Assembly: GCA_043228905.1 (NCBI GenBank)
Contig: JBHGNT010000013.1
Span: 8,804,001-8,868,000 of the forward strand
Direction of reading: 5' to 3'
DNA length: 64,000 bases
Origin: Azolla caroliniana
Taxonomy: Eukaryota; Plantae; Polypodiophyta
Part shown: positions 1-17,475 of the stretch, piece after piece
Numbering within the stretch: the stretch's first letter is position 1
How the letters are laid out: the number at the start of each line of letters is the position of its first letter
Notes under the pieces: generated by a model
What the model saw: the letters and a program-made list of their open reading frames with translations, nothing else
The model's database searches: none
Told to the model about the DNA's origin: nothing
Translations under genes and position numbers: made by a program

Positions 1-3000
1 GTGTGTGTGTATGTCTAGTGAAGGGAATCAATTCTTTGCCATGGTAAAATTGTAATTGTGAGTTTAGGCATGCATGAGAGCCCTCCCCTCACTCCATATG
101 ACATAATTGATGGGCAACTCTTGCGCTTCTTTTCTACACCAATGTCCTTGTCTTGTTCAAGTTGGTCATTTTAAGACAACATTATTGTTTGTCTTCCCTT
201 AACGTTGTTGGAACGTTGTTGGAATATACTCTATGTTTGCCAATCAAGTACCGGTTGTTCATACAAATTATATTCATCCTGAAGATCTGTACACATCATC
301 CCTTATAACAAAACCCTCTTTTTACCCTATTTCTATCAATTGTCTTGATTCGACCTAAGCCTTCAAATTTTTTCACAAGGAATTTTGTGGTTCAATTCTA
401 CAATATTTCCATTCTCTCGACATTGTAATTATTCACTGTTAGTACATTATATGTGTAATCTACAAAGGTTACTTTGTCCTCTACTGTTCCTCAAATATTC
501 CACATCATACCAAACTAACCATCTTACCATTTAACAATTTGTCACATATGTCTATTTGAATGTAAAACCAAAAGTTACATCCTTAGTATTGTTAAACCTA
601 TGGTGGGACCTTCCATAATCTCTAATGATGTGATCACATGTTGCCATGCAGGTACAAGACAAATGAGCTCATTCAAAAACACATATCTAGAGTCCATCGC
701 GTGTCATGAAACGAATTGGAGTTAAAACAAATATGCATAAGGTGATGCGATGAAATTCGTTGAGTAGATACTAATGCATGAAATGTGTAAATTAGACTCA
801 TCTAGGAATGACACGTTCACGTTGTGATGATAATGTTTGCATTTTTTCAATGAAATGTAGTATAACCTTATCATTGAACTAGTGGAGCAGAAGCGATCAA
901 AATGTCAAGATCAACACGTACTCTCTATGAAAAATACATGTTCAACACTCACACTACCTAGTATACGTAAAATATACAAAGTAGAAGACGTACTAGCATC
1001 TGTGATTTCATGAACCAGCTTTTTGTTTTATATATACTATCACCATTCATGACAATAGTTTTGTAATACAAATTAGCAAGAACGTGACAATATATATCGC
1101 GATTAATGAGATGCCTCTAAGAATACTCTTACTCCGTAACATACTTAGCATTTCATATATCACCAAACATGAAACTTTCTAGTGGTCCACCCATTGTATT
1201 AGTGTACGTAGAGATAGATAGATATCTTTCAATGTCCATGCAAGACTAATTGTGATCTACGGGATGGGGCCTAGTTCATAGTGAGGACCATGTGCCCACC
1301 AATTGATTTTATCATGATAAGAAACCCTCTCTTTGCGTGAGTTGAACATATCGCCACCTATTAAGCAACTATTGGACATGTTGCCTTGAGCCTTTCCTTG
1401 TAAATTCCCACAAGACAATAAAATGACAACTAGGTGAAACTTAGGATAAGAGCATAATGTCCACAAGTGTAAAAAAGACACAATTGCACTAATAAAATGT
1501 GAAAGAAATATAAAAATGAAAAGAAAAGTTTGTTCTTTATTTTGGATTAATCTATATCAAGTTAGAGCTCTCTATGATAATCTTTTTAGGTCACATTTTT
1601 AAAACATATGTTTCCTTTCTAGAACTTATGCCTTAAGCTCCTTTTGTGTAACTAGGGTTTATGTGGAATGAAGAAATATTACTGGCTTAATATTGTTTTC
1701 TTGTTCCTTTTCCTAATTTAAGTTCTCAAATTAAGTGATTAAGTGTGAGTTTAATCATTGTTTATGCTTAAGAGAAGAGAATATGGTTAGTAGGTTTGTT
1801 AATGTCATATAGGTCTCCTTTTGGTATGCTTGATGGTGATTGACACACTTCTTGCAAACTTTGCATGCACAACTTGGAATATTATTTGATGCAATGGTTA
1901 ATGTGATGATAACCAATGCGACTTTAATGTTTTGTTGGAGATGTAAAGACAAATAGCGTGCGGAAGCAATAAAAACAGAAAACAGAGAACAGGTTTAATG
2001 GAGAGCTTAACAGTACGCGGGAGAGACAGAGAGAGAGCAAGAATCTCTATTCAAAAATTATATCAACGCTCTGTACATCGTATGTGTTCAGCGAACACTT
2101 TTATACAGGTCCATATGGACTAACAGAAGTACGGTGTACTTCAATGCTCACTCGAGCGTCTAACACTAACTACGAGAGTAATAACTCCCTAACAGTCTAG
2201 TTGCTACTATGCATCCGATTACTAATGGATCCAGCTAACTGGCTCCCCAGCTCACTGACTCTTTTGCTCACTGGCTCACCGATCCGTCTCACTCACCGGC
2301 TCAGGCTTATCTAGCCGATCCGGCTCCAATTGAGCTTGCCGCTCAACACTCCCCCTCAAGCTCAACTTGAGGTCTGGTCGTAGTGTCAACGTCTGTGGCA
2401 ACCAGTCCTTCTGCTCGGCTCCTTCTGACGTCACTCCACCTTGCTCGCGCTCCTCGTCCCGTCCGGTTTTGTTTGCCACGACCCCTCTTGTTCTACGCAC
2501 CTCGACCTCCTCGGTCGGCTTGTTTGCTCAACAGGCCCAATTCAGCTCCCTCGCTGCTGTGACTTCGGCGCGTGCCGGTTCGCCGATTCCTTCGTGTTGG
2601 CATCGACTTTCGCTGCCTTCTCGTCCCCTTGGCCTTGAATTGATCTGGTTCTTCCGAATCTGTCTGTTGAACCAAATCGATTGTCTCCGATTCGTTCCAA
2701 CTCTTGTCCGAATTGGTTGCTCCCAATTCGTCTTCTAGTTCCAGGCCCTTCACCACATTGGACCATGTCCGGGTCTTGGCCTTCTTCTTCTGGTCACCTT
2801 TGTCCTTCTTGACTCTATCGCCGTTGCCGCTTGTTCCGACTTGTTCGGACATGTCGACTTCCTTTGTTGACTCGGCTCCTTTCTTCTTCTTGACTCTCCC
2901 TTCGTCGGTTCTTCCCTCATCGGCGCAATCAACAGTCTCTTTGCCTTTGCATGTCCTCCCCCTCAAGTGTGGCACGTCGAGATGCTGACCACCAAGCATT

Positions 3001-3298
3001 TCGGTGAAGTGCTACAACTTGTCTGATACGAGTGGTTTGGTGAAGATGTCAGCAACTTGCCGATCCGTGTGAACATACCGAATATCAACCTCACCGCTCA
3101 GGACACGCTCACGCACGAAGTGATAGTGCACTTCTATGTGCTTTGTGCGAGCATGGAATACGGGGTTCTTGGTGAGCTGCATGCTGCTTATGTTGTCGCA
3201 GTAGATCAGAATCGGGGTCGGTATCTCGATCCGTAGGTCTTGCAACAGTCACCGAAGCCAAATGGCTTCACAAGTGGCAATGGTAGCGCCCCGATACT

Positions 3299-3622
3299 TG
3301 TTAGGAAACAGATCCCTCCGAATGGGATAGGAGTACCCAGCAACGGAAAACCTGGTGAGAACCGGATGTGGAGTACCCGGCAACGGAAGACCCGGTGAGA
3401 ACCGGATGATGAGTACCCGGCAAGAGTTGGATGGTGAAGGCCCGATGAGAAGTGCTCACCGGCTGAAGGGACATATTCATAAATATGTTTTCTAAGAGTC
3501 CATCGGGGCTATATTTGTAAATAGCCAAAAAGTCATTTTAGTATAAATATGACTTAGGGCAAACTTAGTGTAGAGTAGTGTTGTCATTCTAGTTGGTTGC
3601 GACAATTCTGTGTGTAACTGTG

Positions 3623-3656
<34 letters not shown>

Positions 3657-6600
3657 GAGGTCGTTGCCTCTGTTGTAACTGCCGCCTGTAGCGAAGATAG
3701 CAAGCTCGAGGTCGTTGCCTCGGTGCTTTACTATTGTACATTGTGATATAGTGATAGTTTGCAGTCTGTGGGCTACCGTGGTTTTTCCCTAGTTTGGGTT
3801 TTCCACGTTAACATCCTATGTACTCTTCTCTTCACTGTGTCGTGTGTACCTTACCCGTTTTCTGTGTTTGATCCTAGACTCGGTTGTGGCCGAGCGTTGT
3901 GCTTAGGGAGCGTGTATTCTTGTCAAATTGGTATCAGAGCAAAACGACACAGAAAATGGACGAATCATTGGGAGGCATGTTCAAGCTCACCGTCTCCAAC
4001 TATTCCGTGTGGAAGTCGAAGATGAGGGACATGCTCGTGGTTAAAGATCTTTGGTTGCCAGTTCAGTTCGGGGACAAGTGACCGGACAAAATCGATGCCA
4101 CGATATGGGAGGTGATGCACATGAAGACAACGACGTACATACGGTGCTTCATCGACATGAGTCTATACAACAACTTCAATGAAGAGAGCAAGGCTCATGA
4201 GCTCTAGGACAAGATCGGCATTATGTTTTAGAACAAAAATGTTGTTAATCAGGTTTCGGTATTTCGGAAGCTAGTAAGACTCCGGTACCAAGATGGCTCC
4301 AGCATGGCGGAGCACATGAATGCCTTCCAGGGGCTGATCCACCAAGCAACATCATTGGAAGTACCTCTCGCCGATGAGGTACTAACACTACTCCTGCTCA
4401 GTTCCCTCCCAGATAGCTGGGAGACGTTGGTTGTCACTTTGGGCAACGCCGGGCCGGAAGGGAAACGATTATCCCTGGCAAGAGTGAAGTCGAGCTTGCT
4501 AGATGAGGAGGTGCGTCGGAAAGACAAGGATACGAACTCTGACTCCAAAGGGTTCATTACCAAATCGGAACACGGAAGACAAAGGAACCGTAGTCCCCAG
4601 AATCGGGAGAAGTCGGGGACACAGTCAAAGTAAAGGGGAAGGTCTACCTGCTTCTATTGCGGCAAGCCGAGACACTTCCAGAAGAACTGTCGGCACTTCC
4701 TAAAAGACAAGGAAACCGATGGTACCGATTCAAAGCGGACACCGGACCGGAACGGTAAAGACCGGAAGGGAACGACGGCAATCGGGGCAAGTGAAGAAGA
4801 GTTGATGCTCATCACCGAGGAGAGTGAGCTAAACCTTACCGGCGACGAGATGACATGGGTGGTCGACTCCGGAGCGTCGTTCCACCTTACCCCGGACCAG
4901 AAATGCTTCTCATCCTACTCAGTCGGTGATCACGGCAATGTCCGGATGGGGAATGAAGGTACATGCCGAATTGTCAGCATAGGAGACGTGTGGTTGACAA
5001 CACCAACCGGATGCAAGCTGCTGCTGAAGGATGTTCGACACGTTCCGGAGGTTCATCTGAACCTGATATCAACTGGTCGGCTAGATGATGAAGGCTACAC
5101 GGGTAGCATCTGGAACGGTGTTATGAAGTTAAGCAAAGGGAGCCTGATTGTGGCTCGGGCCCAGAAGGTCAACACCCTGTACCTGATGAATGCCCGGTTA
5201 TGCCCGGAAGAAGTGAACGTGGCATCCGACACTGTCGGTGAGCTGTGGCACAAGAGGCTGTGTCACATGAGCGAGAAGGGGATGAAGAGGCTTGCAAACG
5301 ACAACCTCATTCCAGTGAAGAAGGTGCACTTGGAGAAGTGTATTGATTGTCTGGCTGGTAAACAAAACCGGACCTCCTTCCGATCGAGGCCACCGATGAG
5401 ACGTAATGCACCACTGGAGTTGGTGCATACTGATGTATGTCAAGTGGACACGAAGTCACATGCCGGATCGCAGTACTTCGTGACGTTCATAGATGACCAC
5501 AGCCAGAAGCTGTGGGCCACACCGTTGAAGACGAAGGATCATGTGTTATCCGTCTTCAAAGAGCTCCATGCGAGAGTGGAAAGAGAAACCGGCTGGAAGC
5601 TGAAGGCGGTTCGAGCAGATAACAAAGGAGAATACCAGGGGCAGTTCGAGGAGTACTGCCGCTCGAAGGGAATCCGGCTCGAATTTACCATGCCGAAGAC
5701 GCTGGAACTAAACGAGCTGGCTGAGGGATGAACCGGACCATAATGGAGAGGGTCCGGAGTATGTTGGCGCATGCAAAACTACCCAAGAAGTTTTGGGTTG
5801 AGGCACTATCGACGGCAACATATGTGATAAACAGATCACCCTTAGTACCCTTGGACGGAGACACGCCACAGAGAGTCTAGACCGGTAAGGAAGTGTGGGA
5901 CCCGGTCGACAAGAAGGTATTCCGGAGTCAAGATATTATCTTCATGGAGGACAAGACGCTCGCCGACTGGGAGTCAAAGAAGAAGATAATGAACTCCGAG
6001 TCGACCGGTAAGGATCGATTCTACGATGAGCAGACCCAACCAACAAGAGACCGGTTAGCACTCGAGGAACTAGCCGGTTACGGTGAGGATACCGAACCGG
6101 CAGAAGAAGAAGGAATAGGTGAAACCAGAACCGGCCAAGACCCTGAATCGGATTCGGATTCGGAACAAATAGTGGAACCGGTTGCCAAAGGTCAAAGACG
6201 GAGATATCCTCTCAGAGAGAGAAGGGCTCCCCGAAGATTTCTGGATGCAGAGCATGTGCTGCTGACCGATGAGGGGGAGCCAGAAAGCTTCGAGGAAGCT
6301 AAAAGTGACGCACATAGTCGCAAATGGTTAAGTGCCATGCAGGATGAGATGGATTCCCTGCATGAGAACCATACGTACGAATTGGTGGAGTTGCCAAAAG
6401 GAAAGCGGGCACTCCGAAACAAGTGGGTGTACAAGTTGAAACCGGGAGATGTCGGCAACCCCCCGAGATACAAAGCCAAGATCGTGGTGAAGGGGTTCCA
6501 TCAGAAGAACGGTGTGGACTTCGACGAGATATTTGCCCCGGTAGTAAAGATGACCTCCATCCGGACGGTGCTGAGTATAGCGGCAAGCATGGACCTCGAG

Positions 6601-8417
6601 GTAGAGCAACTGGACGTGAAGACGACATTCCTACATGGTGACCTCGAAGAGGAGATGTACATGCAGCAATCGGAAGGATACATGGAGAAAGGGAAGGAGC
6701 ACCTGGTTTGCCGGTTGAAGAAGAGCTTGTACGGACTGAAGCAGGCTCCCCGACAATGGTACCGGAAGTTCGACTCCTTCATGACTGATCAAGGGTACCA
6801 CAAGACGCAGGCCGATCACAGCGTGTTTGTGAAGAAGTTCGAAGGAGGCGACTTCCTGATACTCCTTCTGTACGTGGACGACATGTTGATCGTCGGGCGG
6901 GACCAAGCCAAAATACGGATGTTGAAGAAGGCTCTCAACCGGACCTTCTCAATGACAGACTTGGGTCCGGCAAGATAGATGTTGGGGACCGGCCAAAGAA
7001 GCAATTGTGGTTGTCACAGGAGAATTACGTGACAAAGGTGCTTCAGCGGTTTAACATGTCAGACGTGAAACCGGTCGGATCGACTCTTCCGGCAAACTGC
7101 AGATTATCCGGTAAGCAAAGCCCGAAGACAAAAGCAGAGAAGGCGGATATGATGAAGGTGCCATATGCCTCTGCCGTCGGGAGCTTGATGTACGCAATGG
7201 TGTGTACTCGACCGGATATTGGATACGTAGTCGGAGTGGTGAGCCGGTTTATGAGCAATCCCGGTAAGGAGCATTGGAACGCGGTCAAATGGATACTCCG
7301 GTACTTGAAGGGCACTTCGAATATGTGTCTCCGATTCAGCTCCGGTAAACCTCAACTTGACGGTTTTACCGATTCGGATATGTTGGCTGATGTGGATACC
7401 AGCTAGTCTACATCGGGGTATGTAATGACATATGTAGGGGGAGTTGTTTCATGGCAGTCGAGGTTGCAGAAGACGGTTACGTTGTCAACCACGGACGTGG
7501 AGTACATGGCGGTTGTTGAAGCCGGCAAGGAAATATTATGGATGAAGGACTTCATCGGAGAGCTCGGTATCCGACAAGATGAATACCGGCTCTATTGCGA
7601 TAGTCAAAGTGCCATTCACCTTGCTAAGAACGCAGCGTACCTTTCCAGGATGAAGCACATCCAGCGTAGGTATCACTGGATCCGAGAGCGAGTAGAAGAT
7701 CGAGAGTTTGCGTTGATGATGATCCACACGGCCGAGAACGGGTCAGATATGCTAACCAAAGTACTGATACCCGACAAGCTAGATGCATGTCGGAAGCAGA
7801 TCAGACTAGTAAGACATCCCATGCCGGGGTGAAGGGGGAGTTTGTTAGGAAACAGATCCCTCCGGATGGGATAGGAGTACCCGGCAACGGAAAACCCGGT
7901 GAGAACCGGATGACGAGTACCCGGTAAGAGCTGGATGGTGAAGGCCCAATGAGAAGTGCTCACCAGCTGAAGGGACATATTCGTAAATATGTTTTCTAAG
8001 AGTCCATCGGGACTATATTTGTAAATAGCCGAAAAGTCATTTTAGTATAAATATGACTTAGGGCAAACTTAGTGTAGAGTAGTGTTGTCATTCTAGTTGG
8101 TTGCGACAATTTTGTGCGTAACTGTATACAAAGAGAGAGAGAGAGGAAGAGGTTGTTACCTCTGTTGTAACTGCCGCCTATGGCGAAGATAGCAAGCTCG
8201 AGGTCGTTGCCTCGGTGCTTTACTATTGTACATTATGATATAGTGATAGTTTGCAGTCCGTGGGCTGCCGTGGTTTTTCCCTAGTTTGGGTTTTCCATGT
8301 TAACATCCTGTGTACTCTTCTCTTCACTGTGTTGTGCGTACCTTACCCGTTTTCTGTGTTTGATCCTAGACTCGGTTGTGGCCGAGCGTTGTGCTCAGGG
8401 AGCGTGTATTCTTGTCA
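3299..8417 (+). mobile_element. Ty1/copia LTR retrotransposon B nested in the RNase H region of A
   Basis: LTRs 3299-3925 and 7843-8417; TSD ATACT at 3294-3298 and 8418-8422; PBS TGGTATCAGAGC at 3929-3940; PPT GAAGGGGGAG at 7831-7840. Confidence 0.97.
3956..7832 (+). pseudogene. Disrupted gag-pol polyprotein of copia B
   Basis: Gag with CCHC remnant, protease WVVDSGASFH, integrase (LWHKRLCH, VHTDVC), RT (QLDVKT, YVDDML), RNase H; several in-frame stops and frameshifts. Confidence 0.93.
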
Positions 8418-11400
8418 ATACTCAGCCTCAGTGCTCGACAAAGCAACTGTTGGCTGCTTTTTGCTGCTCCACGCAACAACCGTGCTACCTAGGGAAAACA
8501 TGTAACCGGAGGTTGATCGCCGATCTGATGCATCGCCGGCGTAGTTAGCGTTTGTGTAACCGACCAACTCTTCGGTTGTACCGTGCCGGTATAACAGTCC
8601 CCGATCCTTCGTGCCGTTCACATACCGCAGTATTCGGTGCGCGCACTAAACATGCTCCACGGTCGGCTTCTACATGAAATTGGCTAATCACACTGACCGG
8701 ATAGCTGATGTCGGGTCGGGTGATGGTCAAATATATAAGGCTTCTGACAATTTTTCGAAACCGTTTCTCATCGCAAGTCGGTCTGGAGTCGAGACAGAGC
8801 TTCTGGTTCTGGTCCAAGGCAGTAGAGATAGGTCGGCATTCCGTCATGCCAAACTTGTACAACATATTCAACACATAGTGCCTTTGTGAGAGCAATATGC
8901 CGTCGAGGGTTCGGATCACCTCTATCCCTAGAAAATAACGAAGGTCCCCCAGGTCCTTCATCTCAAACGCATCCGACAGTTGGGACTTGACTCGGCTGAT
9001 TTCATCGAGTCTGGGTCCGGTGATGACCAGATCATCAACGTTCAACAAGATGCAAACCGGACCATCCAGACCTTGCCGGATGAACAACGAAGAGTCGGAC
9101 TTGGAGGCCGCAAACCCCATCTTACACAACCGGTGCATGATCTTCGCATTCCAAGCTCGGGAAGCTTGCTTCAGGCCATAAAGTGACTTCTTCAGCTGGC
9201 ATACCGCCGACTTGTTCATCTCCGACTGGAAATCGGGGGGTTGTATCATAAAGACCTCTTCTTCAAGATCTCCTTGAAGAAATGCATTCTTCACATCCAT
9301 CTGGTGAAGATGCCACCCCCTTGCCGCTGAAACAGCCAGCACCACATGAACCGTCGTCATCTTCACTACCGGAGCGAAGGTCGCGTCGTAGTCGATTCCG
9401 TGGGTCTGTGCGTATCCCTTAGCCATTAACTAGGCCTTGTACCGGTTAATTGAACCATCGGCGTTGTACTTTACCTTGTACACCCACTTGCATCCGATTG
9501 GTTTACTGTGACGGGGAGGGTCAACCAGGTCCCATGTATCGTTGGCATCAAGTGCCCGCATCTCTTCTTCCATAGCGACACGCCAATGTGCGTCCTTTGC
9601 CGCTTCTGCGTAGCTCTCTGGCTCACGCACTTCCGCCACCTTGTTCATGTACGAATAGTGATGCGCCATGTACTCATTGTACCCATATCGCTTAACAGGT
9701 TCCTTCTGGCGAGTTGACCGGCATAACCCATTGTTACCCGGTTTGAGGCCCTTCTTGGCTGGTTCAGTCTTCAGTGCCGAAGAACCGTCATTTTCCTTTC
9801 CGGAGTCGGATCTGCTCCGATCCGACTCATCAATACCGGTTCCATAATCCGACATCTTTTTCTTCCCCTTCTCTTTGCGCGTGAACCGTCTCCTCGGTTC
9901 CTTGCGCGGGGAGAGCACGACAGAGTCTTCACTACTCGCCGGTTCTTCTTTTGACTAGTCGGAATGACCCAGTCTCTCGTTCGGCCCACTCAACTGAAAC
10001 GATTCCGGACTCTCTTCTTGAGTCCCAGATTCATCATCTTCTAATTGGACCGGTTCAAGCTCACTGGTCTCATCCTCTGGTATCGAGTCGGGGTCAATAG
10101 TCGGAGCTAGTAAGGCATACCATGATGCCGTCTCATCAAACTCAACATCTCGGCGGGGGGTTATAACACTTATACCCCTTTTGCTCATGTGAGTAGCCAA
10201 CGAGGATGCACTTCTCCGATTTTGCATCCAACTTCCTCCGCTTCTCATCCGGCACATGCACATATGCTATGCTGCCGAAAATCTGAAGGTGTCTCAAATT
10301 CGGCTTGCGCCCGAAATACAGCTCATGCGCGAACACCTTGTCACCGATCCGGTTTTGGATATAGACGGTCGTCCGGACTGCCTCCACCCAGTAGAAATGG
10401 GGCATGCTCTTCTCTTCCAGCATTGCCCTTGCCGCGTCGACAAGTGACCAATTCTTCCTTTTGGCTACACCGTTTTGCTCTGGTGTGTATCTGAAGCTGA
10501 ACTCTCTCCGAATTCTTGTTTGCTCCAGATAACTATTGAATTGGGCGGAAAAATATTTTTTTCCACCATCTGACCGCAATCACTTGATCTTCCTCTCCGA
10601 TTCCCGTTCCACCATGCTCTGGAGGTTCCAGAAACAGTCGAAGACTTCGCTCTTCCGCTCAATGAGGTAGATCCATGTGTGCCGGCTATAGTCGTCGATT
10701 AAGGAGACGAAGTATCGACTCCCGCCAAGACTCACATTTTGTGCCGGTCCCCATACATCTGAATGAATAAGGTCGAGTTTGTTACGGCTACGGTTTTGTT
10801 CAGCGGGGAATGGAAGCCGATGTTGCTTCCCGAGTTGGCAGACTTCACATACTTGGGCCTTCTGGCCACTAAACTTCGGCAAACTGAAAATAGGTTGTTT
10901 CATTTGCAAGTCTTGAAGCCGCCGGTAATTGACATGGCCGATCCACTTGTGCCACAGGTCAATGTCCGATTCGACCTTCTGTCCTTTGACGAACAAGGCG
11001 GTGCCTACATCATTGGTGTCGAGGATGAACATCCTCCCATCTCTACACCCTTGCGCGATAATCTGGCCCTCCTCCTCGATGAAGCACCCGAGGTGCATAA
11101 ACCGCACCTGCATTCCCTGGTCGACGATCTGTCCGACCGACACTAGGTTCTTCGTGATAGTCGGAGCGTGTAATACGTTCATCAGCTTCCCCCTCTATCC
11201 GACATGGCTCAGGGGAACTTCTCTGATATGCACGATTGGGTGAGGAGTGTCGTCTCCGGTTTCGACAACTCCCGGTTGTTCCGGTTTCTCCAAGAAGGAG
11301 AACCACTCTTTGTGGCTCGTCATGTGATTTGATGCACTGGAATCCACGTACCACACTTCCTCCGATTTGGAAGTGGTCTTCTTCATCGAGTTTGCCTCGT

Positions 11401-13186
11401 GCTTCATCACCAAGGTTGGCCCCTTACCGGTCTTCCCGGTTCCAGATCCTCTCGATCCTTGTGTGTAGTGCGAGCTTTGCCGGTTCTCTCGACCAGTTTT
11501 ACCGGATCTAGATCTGTCCGAATCGGCGCACTTCTTCCAGCACTTGCTTTCTCTCTGGCCCTTTTTGCCACAGTACCAGCATTCCGTGGCGGATTTGTCT
11601 TGCCGGCCTTCGGCGCCACCTTGACTCCCCCTGCTTGTGGAAGTCCCAGAACTACTGTCGGCACGGTCTCTGTGCCATCGGTCTTGCCCTTGTCGGCCGC
11701 TTTCATTGCGTGCCGACCTGCCTCATCCACCACGCCCACAAGGCTGATCCGCCTCCGTGTACAGCATCCGGTTATCGGTGGGTGCACTTGTTGACACACC
11801 GGTGTGGTTCTCCTCTACAAGGAGCATCAACTATAAGTCAAAAAATGACGGGGTATTCTCCCTCGTACATACTTCTGTCCGGAAAGCTCGGAACTTAGAC
11901 GTCAGGTTCCCAAGACAGACCTGTACCATCTCGTCTTCCTCTACAGTGACGTTGATAGAGGCAAGCGAGTCATAGATATCTTTGATTCAGGTCGTGTAAT
12001 CAGCCACCGACATGTCCTTCTGTCGGACATTGCTCAACTCCTGTCGAAGTTGCAACTTCCGGGTTGTGGTGCTTGCGGCGAACAACTTCTTCAAGTTTCC
12101 CCAAGCCTCTTTCGGCATCTCGGACATGGCTCAACAGCTGGTCTCTGACACTGGACCCAAAGCAGTACATCACTCTGCTTGCCGATTGTTCCCACACCAG
12201 GAAGTCCTTGTGTGCCGCATCAGGTGTTGTGTCGTTAGCTCTGTCGACATAGCTCCAGTAACCATGCCCAAGCAGGTACTAGTGCATCTTGTATGACTAA
12301 GATGCGTAGTTGGATCTATCGAGCTTCTCCACCGGAAGCGAGCTAGCCATTCCTCTATCCATTGTTTTTTTTTTCCTTCTGGTCTTTACAAAGGTTAGGT
12401 TTTCTTCTTGCGAAAGCGAATGTCGGTTGCAGAGGTTCTCAACCCTCACGCTCTGATACCATGTAAAGACAAATAGCATGCGGAAGCAATAAAAACAGAA
12501 AACAGAGAACAAGTTTAATGGAGAGCTTAACAGTACGCGGGAGAGACAGAGAGAGAGCAAGAATCTCTATTCAAAAATTATATCAACGCTCTGTACATCG
12601 TATGTGTTCAACGAACAGTTTTATACAGGTCCATACGAACTGACAGAAGTACGGTGTACTTCAATGCTCACTCGAGCGTCTAACACTAACTACGAGAGTA
12701 ATAATTCCCTAGCAGTCTAACTACTACTATGCTTCCGGTTACTGATGGATCCGGCTAACTGGCTCCCCAGCTCACCGGCTCTTTTGCTCACCGGGTGCTC
12801 ACCGGCTCACCGATCCGTCTCGCTCACCGGCTCATGCTTATCCAGCCGATCCGGCTCCAATTGAGCTTGCCACTCAACAGGAGATAAAGCTGAAAATCTT
12901 TTTGTTAATATAGGCAAAGCCTGAAATATTTTTAAGAGTGATGTCAATTTGTTTTGTTTCATTAAGCCTTAAATCTATATTTTTGTTATGTTTTATTTCT
13001 TTATTAATCGCTCTCCAACATTGTTTTACAAATCTTAACTACTAATACACCATTACAATTCTTTGGATGAATAATCCTTGAACACTCATAAATGATTCCT
13101 CTATGTTAGTTATCAACAATTCGGTTATATTCCTGATCAACGAGTAGTCCTTATGGCTTATTAGTGAATATAGAATGGCCATCTAT

Positions 13187-13378
13187 ACTCTAGTTTATTG
13201 ACGAGTTATCTAATATTCTTCATCAATAAGTCACATATACTAGGAGATTTACTCTAGTTTATTGACAAGTTATCTAATATTCTTCATCAATAAGTCACAT
13301 ATACTAGGAGATTTAGTCTAGTTTATTGACGAGTTATCTGATATTCTTCATCAATAAGTCACATATACTAGGAGATTT
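13187..13378. repeat. Tandem repeat, 3 x 64 bp
   Basis: Unit ACTCTAGTTTATTGACGAGTTATC...ATACTAGGAGATTT starts at 13187, 13251 and 13315, with near-identical copies. Confidence 0.95.
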
Positions 13379-14284
13379 ACTTATTCACAGTTCCTATCGA
13401 GGATTTGTCTATTGATGTTCCATTTGTGTTTCCTCTAGAAAACTTTGTCTATGCTATTCCCTAATGACTCACCCTTAAAAGTACAAGAAAATACCTAAAC
13501 ACTTACCCCACTTCGTAGAAATTATCAATGCCAACGCACAAATTATAAACCCATACATTAGACACATTGAGGTAGAACCAAGATGTCAAATAAGAGACAC
13601 ATGCAGCTTGTAGGTTCTTTCCTCAACTTTTGGCATCCCAATGACTAATAATGAGAATCAAGGTTTGCAAGGCATGTGTAAGCTACACAAGGAACCAGGT
13701 TGGATTTGGGTGTTGGTGGTACTAGTAGCAAGCTTAATTTGAATCCAAGTTACAGATTTGATTTAGACTCTATACCAGACATTACGCCAACTCTTATTGT
13801 TACTAAATCTAGACACCTCTTTTCTAACTCATTGGAGTCATATTCCTGACCCCATCTAGTCACCTATTTTCAAATTAATTCTAGTCTAACTCTATCTAGT
13901 CAGCTATTTACTGAGCTGGAATACAAACCCTCACAGAACAACTCAAAATCTCATGACTAGCTTGCTAAGGAATTTTCCCTCTTCATCCCCCAAATCAACG
14001 AGGTACAACCTAGTGCAATGTAAAAAAAAGTAACTGCCTAACTTTGCATACAACCCACCGTTGCAAACGTTTTATTACAAATATTATCATTGCAGGAGAG
14101 AAGGATAGAGCCATTATATTATTACGTTGATGCTTTCATCATTCCTTGATCCTGAGGAAATGCTGTACAAGAGAAACATTACAATTTCGGGAAAAGCAAA
14201 GAAAATGAGACTTTTATCTTTCGTCTTGGCTTTCCTTTCATCTAAGCCTGAAGACAAAGACAGTAAAAGAAGCACACATCTGCT

Positions 14285-17255
<2,971 letters not shown>

Positions 17256-17271
17256 GATGGCCCTGCCGCTT

Positions 17272-17275
<4 letters not shown>

Positions 17276-17321
<46 letters not shown>
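17276..17321. repeat. (CT/GA)n microsatellite just 5' of the FBPase start codon
   Basis: About 23 CT units starting ~20 nt upstream of the ATG. Confidence 0.9.
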
Positions 17322-17323
<2 letters not shown>

Positions 17324-17475
17324 GCCTCTGTGCTTGTAGCTGTGAAGGGAAGGGAAGGGAAGGGAAGGGAAAAGGGGGGGTGGGGGATGATGATTATCAA
17401 TCATCTATTATTATTATCTCTCTTGTTTTGTTTTGTTTCGTGTCTGGCCTAGGAATGTATGTCATCATGCTCTGT

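Larger units (their letters stand above)
2493..12362 (-). pseudogene. Disrupted gag-pol polyprotein of copia A
   Basis: ORF fragments [59 protein letters not shown] and KHIEVHYHFVRE, broken by stops, frameshifts and the nested element B. Confidence 0.93.
1942..12879 (-). mobile_element. Ty1/copia LTR retrotransposon A (decayed, interrupted by element B)
   Basis: LTRs 1942-2348 and 12462-12879 (TG...CA); TSD GGAGA at 1937-1941 and 12880-12884; tRNA-iMet PBS TGGTATCAGAGC (minus strand, 12450-12461); PPT next to the left LTR; gag, protease (WYVDS), integrase, RT and RNase H fragments in copia order. Confidence 0.97.

Noticed and set aside
1-1941. Short ORFs in the AT-rich left flank
   Set aside because: No motifs, splice pattern or similarity to anything else in the window
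13187-13378. Possible CRISPR-like array (repeats with internal TTATTGA/TCAATAA dyad)
   Set aside because: Units are contiguous 64-bp copies with no unique spacers, there are no cas genes, and the context is eukaryotic
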